DNA of 44,445 bases from contig CAZHIE010000003.1 of assembly GCA_964532435.1 (NCBI GenBank), positions 1 to 44,445 of the forward strand, written 5' to 3'. Positions 26,422 to 34,227 of this stretch are shown here, one piece after another (within the stretch, counting starts at the first letter, position 1; each line of letters starts with the position of its first letter). The translations under genes were made by a program, and so were the position numbers. The DNA comes from an uncultured Planctomycetales bacterium (GTDB lineage Bacteria > Planctomycetota > Phycisphaerae > UBA1845 > Fen-1342). Below the pieces are notes generated by a model. The model had not been told where the DNA came from. It did not search any database and worked only from the letters and a program-made list of their open reading frames with translations.

Positions 26422-26657
26422 GCCGAATCATACGCCCGTCCGGCCAGCGGGTTTCAGCCCGGCGTCGCCCTTTCGCCACGCCCCGCGCCGTTTCGGCAAT
26501 CCGCGGAATTCCGGCGAATTTCCGCTTACCGGACGAAAGAGGACGATACGCTTGGTTCCTGGCGGGATGCGCTGAAGCGGCCGCGACGCGCGGCGATCGT
26601 CCTCGGCGGCTCGTATCTCTCCCGCCCTCGCGCCAAACACGTCATCGGAGGCAAACG

Positions 26658-29534
26658 ATGTTTCGCGAATTCTCCCGCAGTGTCAGCGCTCTCCTTCGAT
26701 TCCCGCTCGCGCTCGGCGCGCTTGCTGCGCTGGCCGCTCCGCTGGCCGCGCAGGTGCGCGTGCAGTTTTCGACCGAGGTCGACTTCACCGCGACGGGCGG
26801 CCCGCACGCGGGTCAACAGATTCACGAGGGCGACCAGCTCGACACGCAGGGCCGCGTGGTTCGCACATATGCCGACCTGCTCTCCGGCTTCTGCCCGATG
26901 CCGCCGGTTGTCGACTACGGGCTCGACGCGCTGCACGTTCTTCCGGACGGCCGCGTGCTCTTCTCGACGGAGCGGGGCTGGTTCGACGAGTGCCTGAGCG
27001 AATTCGTTAGCGACGGCGATCTGTTGAGCAGCGATGGTCAGGTGGCGCAGACAACCCGCAGCCTGATGCGCAATTTCCACCCGATGCCGACGGTGCCGGA
27101 TGTCGGCCTCGACGCCGTTCACGTGCTGGCGTCGGGCGAAGTGCTGTTTTCGATCGAGACCGACATCTTCGATGAATCGCTCGGCGTCCTGCTCACGCAC
27201 GGCGACGTGCTGAGCGAGCGCGGTGCGGTCGTCGCGACCAACGATCACCTGCTTCGCAACTTCTGCCGCAAGCCGGTGGCCGGAAACGCCGGGCTCGACG
27301 CGCTCTACCTGCCGGGCAATGGCGAAGTCTGGTTCTCGGTCGAGACGGGCTTCTTCGACGAATGCCAGAGCCGCACGATCTCCGACGGCGACCTGCTGTC
27401 CGACGCCGGATACGTCGTGGCGACGAATCGCCAGCTTACGACCGCATTCTTCTCGGGCGGGCCGGCTCTTGCGGGTCTGGGCCTCGACGCGGTCGGCGCG
27501 CTGCCGCCGTTCGCCGATTGCGGCGTGCTGGCCCCCGGGCCGCAGGGCTGCATCTGGTTCGTCGCCGACGGCGGCGGCGCGTACTTCATCGAAAACGTGG
27601 GCGCGTTCGGCGTTGGCGATCGCGTGTACGTCGCGGGCCGGCTCAACCCGCAATCGTTCCTGTGCGCCCCGCCGATCGGGCCGGGCATCGAGGACAACAC
27701 GATCCAGGCCTGTTTCGCCGGCTGCGGCACGATCATCAATACTCCCGAGTGCCGCCTCTTTCACGCCGACGCGGGCGGAATCTTCGTCCTGACGAATCCC
27801 GGCGGAGCGAGCGTCGGCGAGCGCGTCTGGGTCAGCGGGCCGATCGAGCCCGATTGCGCCGGCGCGTGCGCGACGGATCTGCCGTGCATCCGCAATCGCC
27901 CGCCGGGCGAGTGTTTTGACGAATGCGGCGTGCTGGTGCAGGGGGTGGAATGCGTCCTGCTCCAGACCGCCGGCGGCGACTTGCTCGTCGTGCAGAATCT
28001 CGGCGGCTTCGGCGTCGGCGATCGCGTGCGCGTCCGCGGCAGCCTCGACCGGCTCTGCATCACATTCTGCCAGCAGGGACAGGGTTGCGTGAACGACAAC
28101 ACCATCGAGGCGTGCGCGCCTCGCTTCGCCGGCTGCGGCGTGCTCGTGCGCGGCGTGGAATGCACGCTCTTCGCGGCCGACTCGGGCGGGCTGTGGGTGC
28201 TCGACACGCTGGGCGGATTCGGCGCGGGCGATCGCGTGTGGGTCACGGGCGAGATCGAATCGCCATGCGTGACGTTTTGTCAGGAGGGCACGGGCTGCAT
28301 CCACAATGCGTCGATCGGCGCGTGTTTCGAGGATTGCGGCGTGCTGGTTCAGCCCGGCGGCAGCAACTGCCTCGTGATCGACACGGGCGGACAGCGCTAC
28401 GTCATCGCCAATCCCGGCGAATTCCAGCCCGGCGATCGCGTGTGGGTCGAGGGCTGCCTGGTCTTCGGCGGGTGCAGCGATGCATGTGGCGTCGATCTGC
28501 CGTGCGTGCTCGACAACACGATCGGGCGCTGTTTCGAGGATTGCGGCCGGCTGGAGAACGGGCCGCAGGGCTGCGCGGTCGTGATTACCGACGACGGAAC
28601 GAGCTACCTTCTGGAGCGCGACAGCGAATTGCCGCGCGGCACGCGCGTGTGGGTGCAGGGCTGCCTGAATCCGCAATCGCACGTCTGCCCGCCGTTCACC
28701 GCGCCGGGCATCGAGCGCAACCGCATCGGCCGCTGCGTGGAATCGTGCGGCGACCTGCGCTCCGGGCCGCAGGGTTGCACCGTGTTCGTCATCAACGAGA
28801 ACACTGGCTATTTCATCGAGAACACCGGCGCGTTCGGCTTGGGCGATCGCGTCTGGGTGAAGGGCTGCCTGGAGGCCGAAACGCAACTGTGTCAGCCGTT
28901 CACGGCGCCAGGCATCGTTCGCAACACGATCGGGCGCTGCTTCGAGGGTTGCGGTCGGCTGGCGGTCGGGCCGCAGGGCTGCACGGGGTTGCGCGTGTCG
29001 AATCTCGAGTTCTACGTCATCGAGAACACCGGCTCGTTCCAGATCGGCGACGAAGTGTGGGCGACCGGCTGCCTGAATCCGCAATCGCGACTGTGCCTGC
29101 CGCTGACGCTTCCGGCAATCGAGGACAACCGCGTGGGCGTGTGTTTCGACGAGTGCGGGCGACTGATCGGCACGCCGGACGGTTGCACGGTGCTGCTCAC
29201 GGCGACGGGCCGGTACGCGCTCGACAACCTCGGCGGGCTGCATCGCGGAGATGCGGCGCGCGTGCGCGGCTGCCTGGAGCGCGACTGCGTGTCGGCGTGC
29301 GGCGCCTTGGCCGGCTGTGTGCGCGACAACACGGTGTTCGGTCCGCTCGGCGACATGAATTGCGACGGGACGACGGACAACGGCGACATCGACGGCTTCG
29401 TGCTGGCGCTGATCGATCCGGCCGCGTACGCGGCGCAATTTCCGAATTGCGACATTCGCCGGGCGGACACGAACTGCGACGGCGCGGTGGACAATGGCGA
29501 CATCGATTCGTTTGTGCGGCTGCTGATTGAGTAG
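26658..29534 (+). CDS. Secreted tandem-repeat protein: 4 x ~62-aa repeats, 9 x ~68-aa Cys-rich repeats, C-terminal dockerin-like module
   Basis: GGAGG RBS. Signal peptide ...LGALAALAAPLAAQ. Repeat A (aa 37-284) has the form FS.E..FFDE......DGDLLS..G.VVATN..L...F.....GLDA. Repeat B (aa 285-897) has the form CFE.CG.L..GPQGC........Y.IEN.G.F..GDRVWV.GCL.....C......I..N.IG. The protein ends GDMNCDGTTDNGDIDGFV...DTNCDGAVDNGDIDSFVRLLIE. Confidence 0.85.
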   Translation: MFREFSRSVSALLRFPLALGALAALAAPLAAQVRVQFSTEVDFTATGGPHAGQQIHEGDQLDTQGRVVRTYADLLSGFCPMPPVVDYGLDALHVLPDGRVLFSTERGWFDECLSEFVSDGDLLSSDGQVAQTTRSLMRNFHPMPTVPDVGLDAVHVLASGEVLFSIETDIFDESLGVLLTHGDVLSERGAVVATNDHLLRNFCRKPVAGNAGLDALYLPGNGEVWFSVETGFFDECQSRTISDGDLLSDAGYVVATNRQLTTAFFSGGPALAGLGLDAVGALPPFADCGVLAPGPQGCIWFVADGGGAYFIENVGAFGVGDRVYVAGRLNPQSFLCAPPIGPGIEDNTIQACFAGCGTIINTPECRLFHADAGGIFVLTNPGGASVGERVWVSGPIEPDCAGACATDLPCIRNRPPGECFDECGVLVQGVECVLLQTAGGDLLVVQNLGGFGVGDRVRVRGSLDRLCITFCQQGQGCVNDNTIEACAPRFAGCGVLVRGVECTLFAADSGGLWVLDTLGGFGAGDRVWVTGEIESPCVTFCQEGTGCIHNASIGACFEDCGVLVQPGGSNCLVIDTGGQRYVIANPGEFQPGDRVWVEGCLVFGGCSDACGVDLPCVLDNTIGRCFEDCGRLENGPQGCAVVITDDGTSYLLERDSELPRGTRVWVQGCLNPQSHVCPPFTAPGIERNRIGRCVESCGDLRSGPQGCTVFVINENTGYFIENTGAFGLGDRVWVKGCLEAETQLCQPFTAPGIVRNTIGRCFEGCGRLAVGPQGCTGLRVSNLEFYVIENTGSFQIGDEVWATGCLNPQSRLCLPLTLPAIEDNRVGVCFDECGRLIGTPDGCTVLLTATGRYALDNLGGLHRGDAARVRGCLERDCVSACGALAGCVRDNTVFGPLGDMNCDGTTDNGDIDGFVLALIDPAAYAAQFPNCDIRRADTNCDGAVDNGDIDSFVRLLIE

Positions 29535-29622
29535 CGAATGTCGAATAGCGAATAACGAATTGTGGACGCGCCCGGGCGCGCAACTGTAATTCGTTATTCG
29601 CAATTCGCTATTCGCAATTCAC
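29534..29622. repeat. Palindromic intergenic element: inverted arrays of GCGAATA-type heptamers around a 14-nt GC palindrome (possible terminator)
   Basis: Left arm 29534-29561 (GCGAATG TCGAATA GCGAATA ACGAATT) pairs with right arm 29588-29615 (~28 bp: two mismatches, one G-T wobble). The apex contains CGCGCCCGGGCGCG. It starts at the last base of the TAG stop of the repeat protein. Confidence 0.85.
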
Positions 29623-29729
29623 ATGTTACACACTCGTTGCGCCGCGCACGGCCGCTCTCGTTATATTCCAAGTGAACGATGCCGCGGCCGGGACTTCGTC
29701 GCGCCGGCATCGCTTCGATGGAGCCGGTC

Positions 29730-31073
29730 ATGCGATCCCTTCTCGTTGCGATTCTCGGAATTTCGCTGGCGTGTTCCGCCGAGGCCGTCGAACCGGTGGC
29801 GGGCGACCTGGCCGTGGCCGCGGCGTCCGAGGACGCGGCCGCGGCGGCCGCCGCTGCGTCTGCGCTGCGCCGCATCGGCCCGCCGGGGCTGGACGCGCTA
29901 CTGGTGGAGTACCCGTCGCAGGCTTTCCGGGCGCAGCGCGAGGACGAGCACGGCGCGGCGTATCGCCGATCGGACGAATGGCGCCGAATCGCGGCGGCGT
30001 TCGATCGCGTCGCCGCCGCGCGCGACGCGTATCGAACCGTCTGCCGCAGCGATCCGGACGATCCATGCTCTTCGACCGTCGCCCTGTACTGGCACACGGA
30101 TTGGGAGCAGGCGCGCGCCGCCGCGGCGCAGCGGCACGTGCCCGTCCTGTCGCTGCGTCTGCTCGGCCGGCTCGACGAGGAGCTGAGCTGCGCGAACAGC
30201 CGCTTTTTCCGAACGGTGCTGTACGCTGATCCGGACGTCGTGCGCCTGCTGTCCGAGCGTTTCGTGCTGCACTGGCAGTCGGTGCGCCCCGCGCCGCGCA
30301 TCACGATCGACTTTGGCGACGGCCGCAAACTGGAGAGCACGATCACGGGGAACAGCGTGCATTACGTGCTGGCCGAGGATGGCGCGGTGCTCGACGTGAT
30401 CCCGGGGCTCGTCTCGCCGGAGATGTTCCAGTCGCTCCTCTCCGAGGCGGGGGCGCGACATGCACAGTACGCGGAGGTCGCCCCGCGCGAGCGGGCGGAG
30501 TGGCTCGCGCGCCAGTGGCGCCGCGAAGCGCTCGCCGGCGGGGAAGCGATTCGGGCGCTGGACGCGGCGGCCGGTACGGGTCCGGCGGCCGACGATCTGC
30601 CGATCCCGCGGCGCGTGGACGCGCGCGTCGCCGCGCCGATCGCGCCGGCGAAGTGGATGCTGGAAGCGCCAAGCCTGCGGGCGCTCGACGTGCGCTCGGC
30701 GACGGAGCGCCTCGCCATCGGGCAATCGCCCACGCTGCCGAGCGCGGCGCGTCACGTGCGCCGCTATTTGGACGGTTCGCGGCTGAGTCCTGAGAGCCGC
30801 GCGATGATGCGGACCAAGTGGCACGACGCGGCGACGTTTGACGCGGCCGCCGCCCGCTTCGAGGAGTCGATCGCGCTGGATACAGCGGAGAGCATCGAGT
30901 CGCTGCGCCCGCGCATCCTGCGGCGGCTTGCGCAAGCGCCGTTAGAGCCCGTCGATACGCTGAACGCCTGGGTGTACGGGCAGGTTTTTCTCACGCCGGA
31001 TTCCGACCCTTGGCTCGGACTACTTTCGCCGGATGCCTACGCGGCGTTGCCGAATAATGGTGTTGGTGAATAG
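29730..31073 (+). CDS. Secreted protein of unknown function (possibly thioredoxin-fold-like, CxxS)
   Basis: ATG 29730 with a GGAG RBS. Signal peptide MRSLLVAILGISLACSA. Central ...LGRLDEELSCANSRFFRTVLYADPDVVRLLSERFVLHW... loosely resembles a thioredoxin-like CxxS context. Weak call. Confidence 0.55.
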   Translation: MRSLLVAILGISLACSAEAVEPVAGDLAVAAASEDAAAAAAAASALRRIGPPGLDALLVEYPSQAFRAQREDEHGAAYRRSDEWRRIAAAFDRVAAARDAYRTVCRSDPDDPCSSTVALYWHTDWEQARAAAAQRHVPVLSLRLLGRLDEELSCANSRFFRTVLYADPDVVRLLSERFVLHWQSVRPAPRITIDFGDGRKLESTITGNSVHYVLAEDGAVLDVIPGLVSPEMFQSLLSEAGARHAQYAEVAPRERAEWLARQWRREALAGGEAIRALDAAAGTGPAADDLPIPRRVDARVAAPIAPAKWMLEAPSLRALDVRSATERLAIGQSPTLPSAARHVRRYLDGSRLSPESRAMMRTKWHDAATFDAAAARFEESIALDTAESIESLRPRILRRLAQAPLEPVDTLNAWVYGQVFLTPDSDPWLGLLSPDAYAALPNNGVGE

Positions 31074-31075
31074 AC

Positions 31076-31131
31076 CGCGCCCGGGCGCGCAACTGTAATT
31101 CGTTATTCGCAATTCGCTATTCGCAATTCAC
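31076..31131. repeat. Second copy (56 bp, identical by eye) of the core plus right arm of the 29534-29622 element
   Basis: CGCGCCCGGGCGCGCAACTGTAATTCGTTATTCGCAATTCGCTATTCGCAATTCAC occurs at 29567-29622 and 31076-31131. This copy lacks the left arm and overlaps the lpdA stop codon (31128-31130). Confidence 0.85.
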
Positions 31132-32534
31132 GCATTCAGCGCCCTTCCGTCCACCGCCAGCGCCGCCTCCTTGAGGCATTCCGCCAGCGTCGGGTGCGCG
31201 TGCGAGCTGCGGGCGATGTCTTCGCTGCTGGCGCCGAATGCGATCGCGACCGCGGCTTCGGCGATCAGGTCGCCGGCCCGCGGGCCGATGATGTGTACGC
31301 CCAGCACGCGATCGGTCTCGGCGTGCGCCAAAATCTTCACCCGCCCGTCGGTCTGCTGGAGCGCGCGGGCGCGGGCGTTCGCCCGAAACGCGAAAATGCC
31401 CTTGCGATACGGCACGCCGTCCTGCTTCAGCTCTTCCTCGCTCTTACCGACCGACGCGATTTCCGGGTTCGTGTAAACGACGCCGGGAATCGCATCGTAA
31501 TTCACGTGGCCGTGACCCGTGGCGATGATCTCCGCGCACGCGACGCCCTCCTCCTCGGCCTTGTGCGCCAGCATCGGCCCGCGCACCACGTCGCCGATCG
31601 CGAAGACGTCGGCCGCGCTCGTGCGGAATGCGTCGTCGATTTCGACTCGGCCGCGCTCGTCGAGCTTCACGCCGATCGCGTCGAGGCCGAGATCGTCCGT
31701 ATTGGGGATGCGGCCGACGGCCAGCAACACGCGGTCGCAACGGAGCGGTTCGCGGCCCTCGACCGCGACGACGCACTCGCCGTCCTTGGCGCCTTTCTCG
31801 CGCCGCGCGCCGGTCACTTTCGCGCTCAGGACGAATTCGATGCCCTGCTTCTGAAACGTGCGCAGCGCCAGCTCGGCCGTCTCGGCGTCCATGCCGGGCA
31901 GGATGCGCGGCAGATATTCGAGCACCGTGACGCTCGCGCCGAGCCGCTGCCAGACCGAACCGAGCTCCAGCCCGATGTAGCCCGCGCCGATCACGATCAT
32001 GCGCCGCGGCACCTCGGCATAGCTCAGCGCCTCGGTGCTCGTGCCGATGCGCTCGCCATCCAGCTCGACGCCGCGCAGCGGGGCGACCTTGCTGCCGGTC
32101 GCGAGGATCAGCCGCGCGGCTTCGACGACCTTCTCGCCGTCGGCGGCCTTCACGCGCACGGTGTATCCGTTCGCGCCGCGGCCGGTGATCCGCGCATGGC
32201 CCGCGTAGCGCGTGATTTTGTTCTTTTTCATCAGCCCGGCGACGCCGTCGGTCAGGCCGCGGACGATTTCGTCCTTGCGTTTGAGCATGGCGGGCAGGTC
32301 GAGCTGCACGTCGCCGCACACGACGCCGTGGACCGCCAGCCCCGAGCGCGCCTCGTGATAGCGCTCGGACGATTCGAGCAGCGCCTTGCTCGGAATGCAG
32401 CCGACGCGCAGGCACGTGCCGCCCAGCGCGGGCTCTTTCTCAACGATTGCGACGTTGAGGCCGAGCTGTGCCGCGCGGATGGCGGCGACGTATCCGCCGG
32501 GGCCGGCGCCAATGACAAGAAGGGCGTGTTGCAT
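31128..32534 (-). CDS. lpdA: Dihydrolipoyl dehydrogenase (E3)
   Basis: GAGPGGYVAAIRAAQLG, redox-active GGTCLRVGCIPSK, and a C-terminal HAHPTLSE-like HAHPTLAE dimer-interface motif. Confidence 0.92.
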   Translation of the reverse strand: MQHALLVIGAGPGGYVAAIRAAQLGLNVAIVEKEPALGGTCLRVGCIPSKALLESSERYHEARSGLAVHGVVCGDVQLDLPAMLKRKDEIVRGLTDGVAGLMKKNKITRYAGHARITGRGANGYTVRVKAADGEKVVEAARLILATGSKVAPLRGVELDGERIGTSTEALSYAEVPRRMIVIGAGYIGLELGSVWQRLGASVTVLEYLPRILPGMDAETAELALRTFQKQGIEFVLSAKVTGARREKGAKDGECVVAVEGREPLRCDRVLLAVGRIPNTDDLGLDAIGVKLDERGRVEIDDAFRTSAADVFAIGDVVRGPMLAHKAEEEGVACAEIIATGHGHVNYDAIPGVVYTNPEIASVGKSEEELKQDGVPYRKGIFAFRANARARALQQTDGRVKILAHAETDRVLGVHIIGPRAGDLIAEAAVAIAFGASSEDIARSSHAHPTLAECLKEAALAVDGRALNA

Positions 32535-32559
32535 CGAGTTAGCGTCCTAACAGGCGGAA

Positions 32560-32741
32560 AATGCTGAATGCTGAATTATGAATGCTGAATGACAGATGAC
32601 GGTCCGCGGCGTTTCAGCATTCGGGGGTCTCCGGCGCCCGGCCCACCACTTGCGTGGTGGGTTCGGATTGTAGCATTCAGCATTCAGCATTCAGCATTTA
32701 GCACTCAGCGTTCAGCATTTAGCATTTGGCATTTAGCATTC
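32560..32741. repeat. Inverted heptamer arrays (AATGCTG x ~5 versus AGCATTC x 10) flanking a GC-rich core, in the sucB-lpdA intercistronic region
   Basis: Left array 32560-32601 and right array 32672-32741 are reverse complements of each other. The core contains the perfect hairpin CCCACCAC-TTGC-GTGGTGGG (32642-32661). The right array runs over the sucB TAA (32733-32735). Confidence 0.85.
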
Positions 32742-33968
32742 GACAATCATTCGGGCCGGCTCTTCGACGCAGTCCTTGATCCGCCGAAGGAACGTCACCG
32801 CTTCGCGCCCGTCCACGATGCGGTGGTCATACGTCAGCGCGACGTACATCATCGGCCGGATGACGACCTGCCCGTCGCGCGCCACCGGGCGATCCTGAAT
32901 CGCGTGCAGCCCGAGAATGCCGCTCTGCGGCGGGTTCACAATCGGCGTCGAGAGCAGCGAACCGAACACGCCGCCGTTACTGATCGTGAACGTGCCGCCC
33001 TGCAATTCGTCGAGCTTGAGCTTGTTGTCGCGGCCGCGCGCGCCGAAATCGGCGATGGCCTTCTCGATTTCCGCAAAGCTGAGCCGCTCGGCGTTGCGAA
33101 TCACCGGAACCACCAGCCCCTTGCCGGCCGACACCGCGACGCCGATGTCGTAGTAATTGCGGTAGGCCACATCCGTGCCGCGAATCTCGGCGTTGAGCTG
33201 CGGAAACTGGCGCAGCGCGTCGATCGCCGCCTTCACGAAAAAGGACATCAGTCCGAGCCGCACGCCGTAGCGCTTCTCAAAGGCGTCCTGATGCTGCTTG
33301 CGCAGCGCGCTGACCGCCGACATGTCGATCTCGTTGAACGTCGTCAGCAGCGCCGCGACGGCTTGCGCCTCGACCAGCCGCTCCGCCACGCGACGCCGCA
33401 ACGGCGTCATCGGCACGATCTCTTCGGCGCGCTCACCATTGTGGGCGATTCGCCCGCCGGCCGGCGGGACGGCGCCGTCGGCTCGCGCCGGACCCGCTGC
33501 GGGTGCGGCCGGCTTCTCCACGTGCCGGGCGACATCTTCCTTCAACACGCGGCCGCCGGGCCCGCTCGGCGTGACCTCGCCCGGCGAAACGCCGCGCTCG
33601 GCGGCCAGCCGCGCCGCAGCCGGCATGACGCGCGGCGGAGACGCCGGCGCTGCGGCGGCCGCAGCGGGGCGACTTTCGGCCGGCGGTTTCGACGCCGGCG
33701 CGGCCGTTTCCTTCTTCGCGGCCGGGGCGGCGCCTTCCTCCATATAGGCGATCACTTCGCCGATTGCGGCCTTTTGTCCGGGCTGCTTGATGACCTTGGT
33801 GATGGCGCCGCTGACGGGCGCGGCGAGTTGAAACGTCGCCTTGTCCGTCTCGATCTCCATGACGACGTCGTCCTTGGCGACCGGCTCGCCGGGTTGCTTG
33901 AGCCACGGGCCGATCTCGACCTCGGAGATCGACTCGCCGACGGCGGGCACTTTCAGTTCGACGGGCAT
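32733..33968 (-). CDS. sucB: Dihydrolipoamide succinyltransferase (E2 of 2-oxoglutarate dehydrogenase)
   Basis: Lipoyl domain MPVELKVPAVGESISEVEI...VMEIETDKATF, Ala/Pro linker, E3-binding segment, and a catalytic domain with YDHRIVDGREA. Confidence 0.92.
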   Translation of the reverse strand: MPVELKVPAVGESISEVEIGPWLKQPGEPVAKDDVVMEIETDKATFQLAAPVSGAITKVIKQPGQKAAIGEVIAYMEEGAAPAAKKETAAPASKPPAESRPAAAAAAPASPPRVMPAAARLAAERGVSPGEVTPSGPGGRVLKEDVARHVEKPAAPAAGPARADGAVPPAGGRIAHNGERAEEIVPMTPLRRRVAERLVEAQAVAALLTTFNEIDMSAVSALRKQHQDAFEKRYGVRLGLMSFFVKAAIDALRQFPQLNAEIRGTDVAYRNYYDIGVAVSAGKGLVVPVIRNAERLSFAEIEKAIADFGARGRDNKLKLDELQGGTFTISNGGVFGSLLSTPIVNPPQSGILGLHAIQDRPVARDGQVVIRPMMYVALTYDHRIVDGREAVTFLRRIKDCVEEPARMIVEC

Positions 33969-34103
33969 GTTGGCTCTCTTTGCTGGTACGGACTCGTCCC
34001 GCGACCGGTCCGGGATCGCGCTGGCTCAAACCTCGAGCGCCTCGGATACGCACAATCGTCGAAGGCCGCCGGGCGGATGCAGCCGCCACTTCGGCCGCGA
34101 GGT

Positions 34104-34227
34104 TCGCTCGCTGACGCTCGCGGCTCTGATCGGATCGCTCGCTGACGCTCGCGGCTCTGATCGGATCGCTCGTTTACGCTCGCGGTTCAGATCGGATCGC
34201 TCGTTTGCGCTCGCGGCTTTGAAGAGC
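34104..34227. repeat. Four tandem copies of a 31-bp unit (TCGCTCGCTGACGCTCGCGGCTCTGATCGGA) at the sucA-sucB junction
   Basis: Copies at 34104-34134 and 34135-34165 are identical. Those at 34166-34196 and 34197-~34227 are diverged. Each junction carries GATCGGATC (six GATC sites in ~70 bp). The sucA stop (34174-34176) lies inside copy 3. Confidence 0.85.

Noticed and set aside
26422-26657. Cobalamin riboswitch upstream of the 4-TM / B12-type radical SAM operon.
   Set aside because: Reading both strands, I could not find a B12-box-like core or the surrounding conserved helices. A covariance-model search (Rfam cobalamin models) would be the decisive test.
29534-31131. Integron-type gene cassette with attC sites.
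   Set aside because: The hairpin lacks recognisable R''/R' core sites (RYYYAAC / GTTRRRY). No intI integrase or attI is visible, and only one putative cassette is present. It is kept as a repeat-flanked gene finding instead.
34104-34227. Possible CRISPR array (also considered for the heptamer arrays at 32560-32741).
   Set aside because: The repeats are contiguous with no unique spacers, the units are 31 bp or 7 bp rather than CRISPR-like repeat/spacer pairs, and no cas genes are present in the window.
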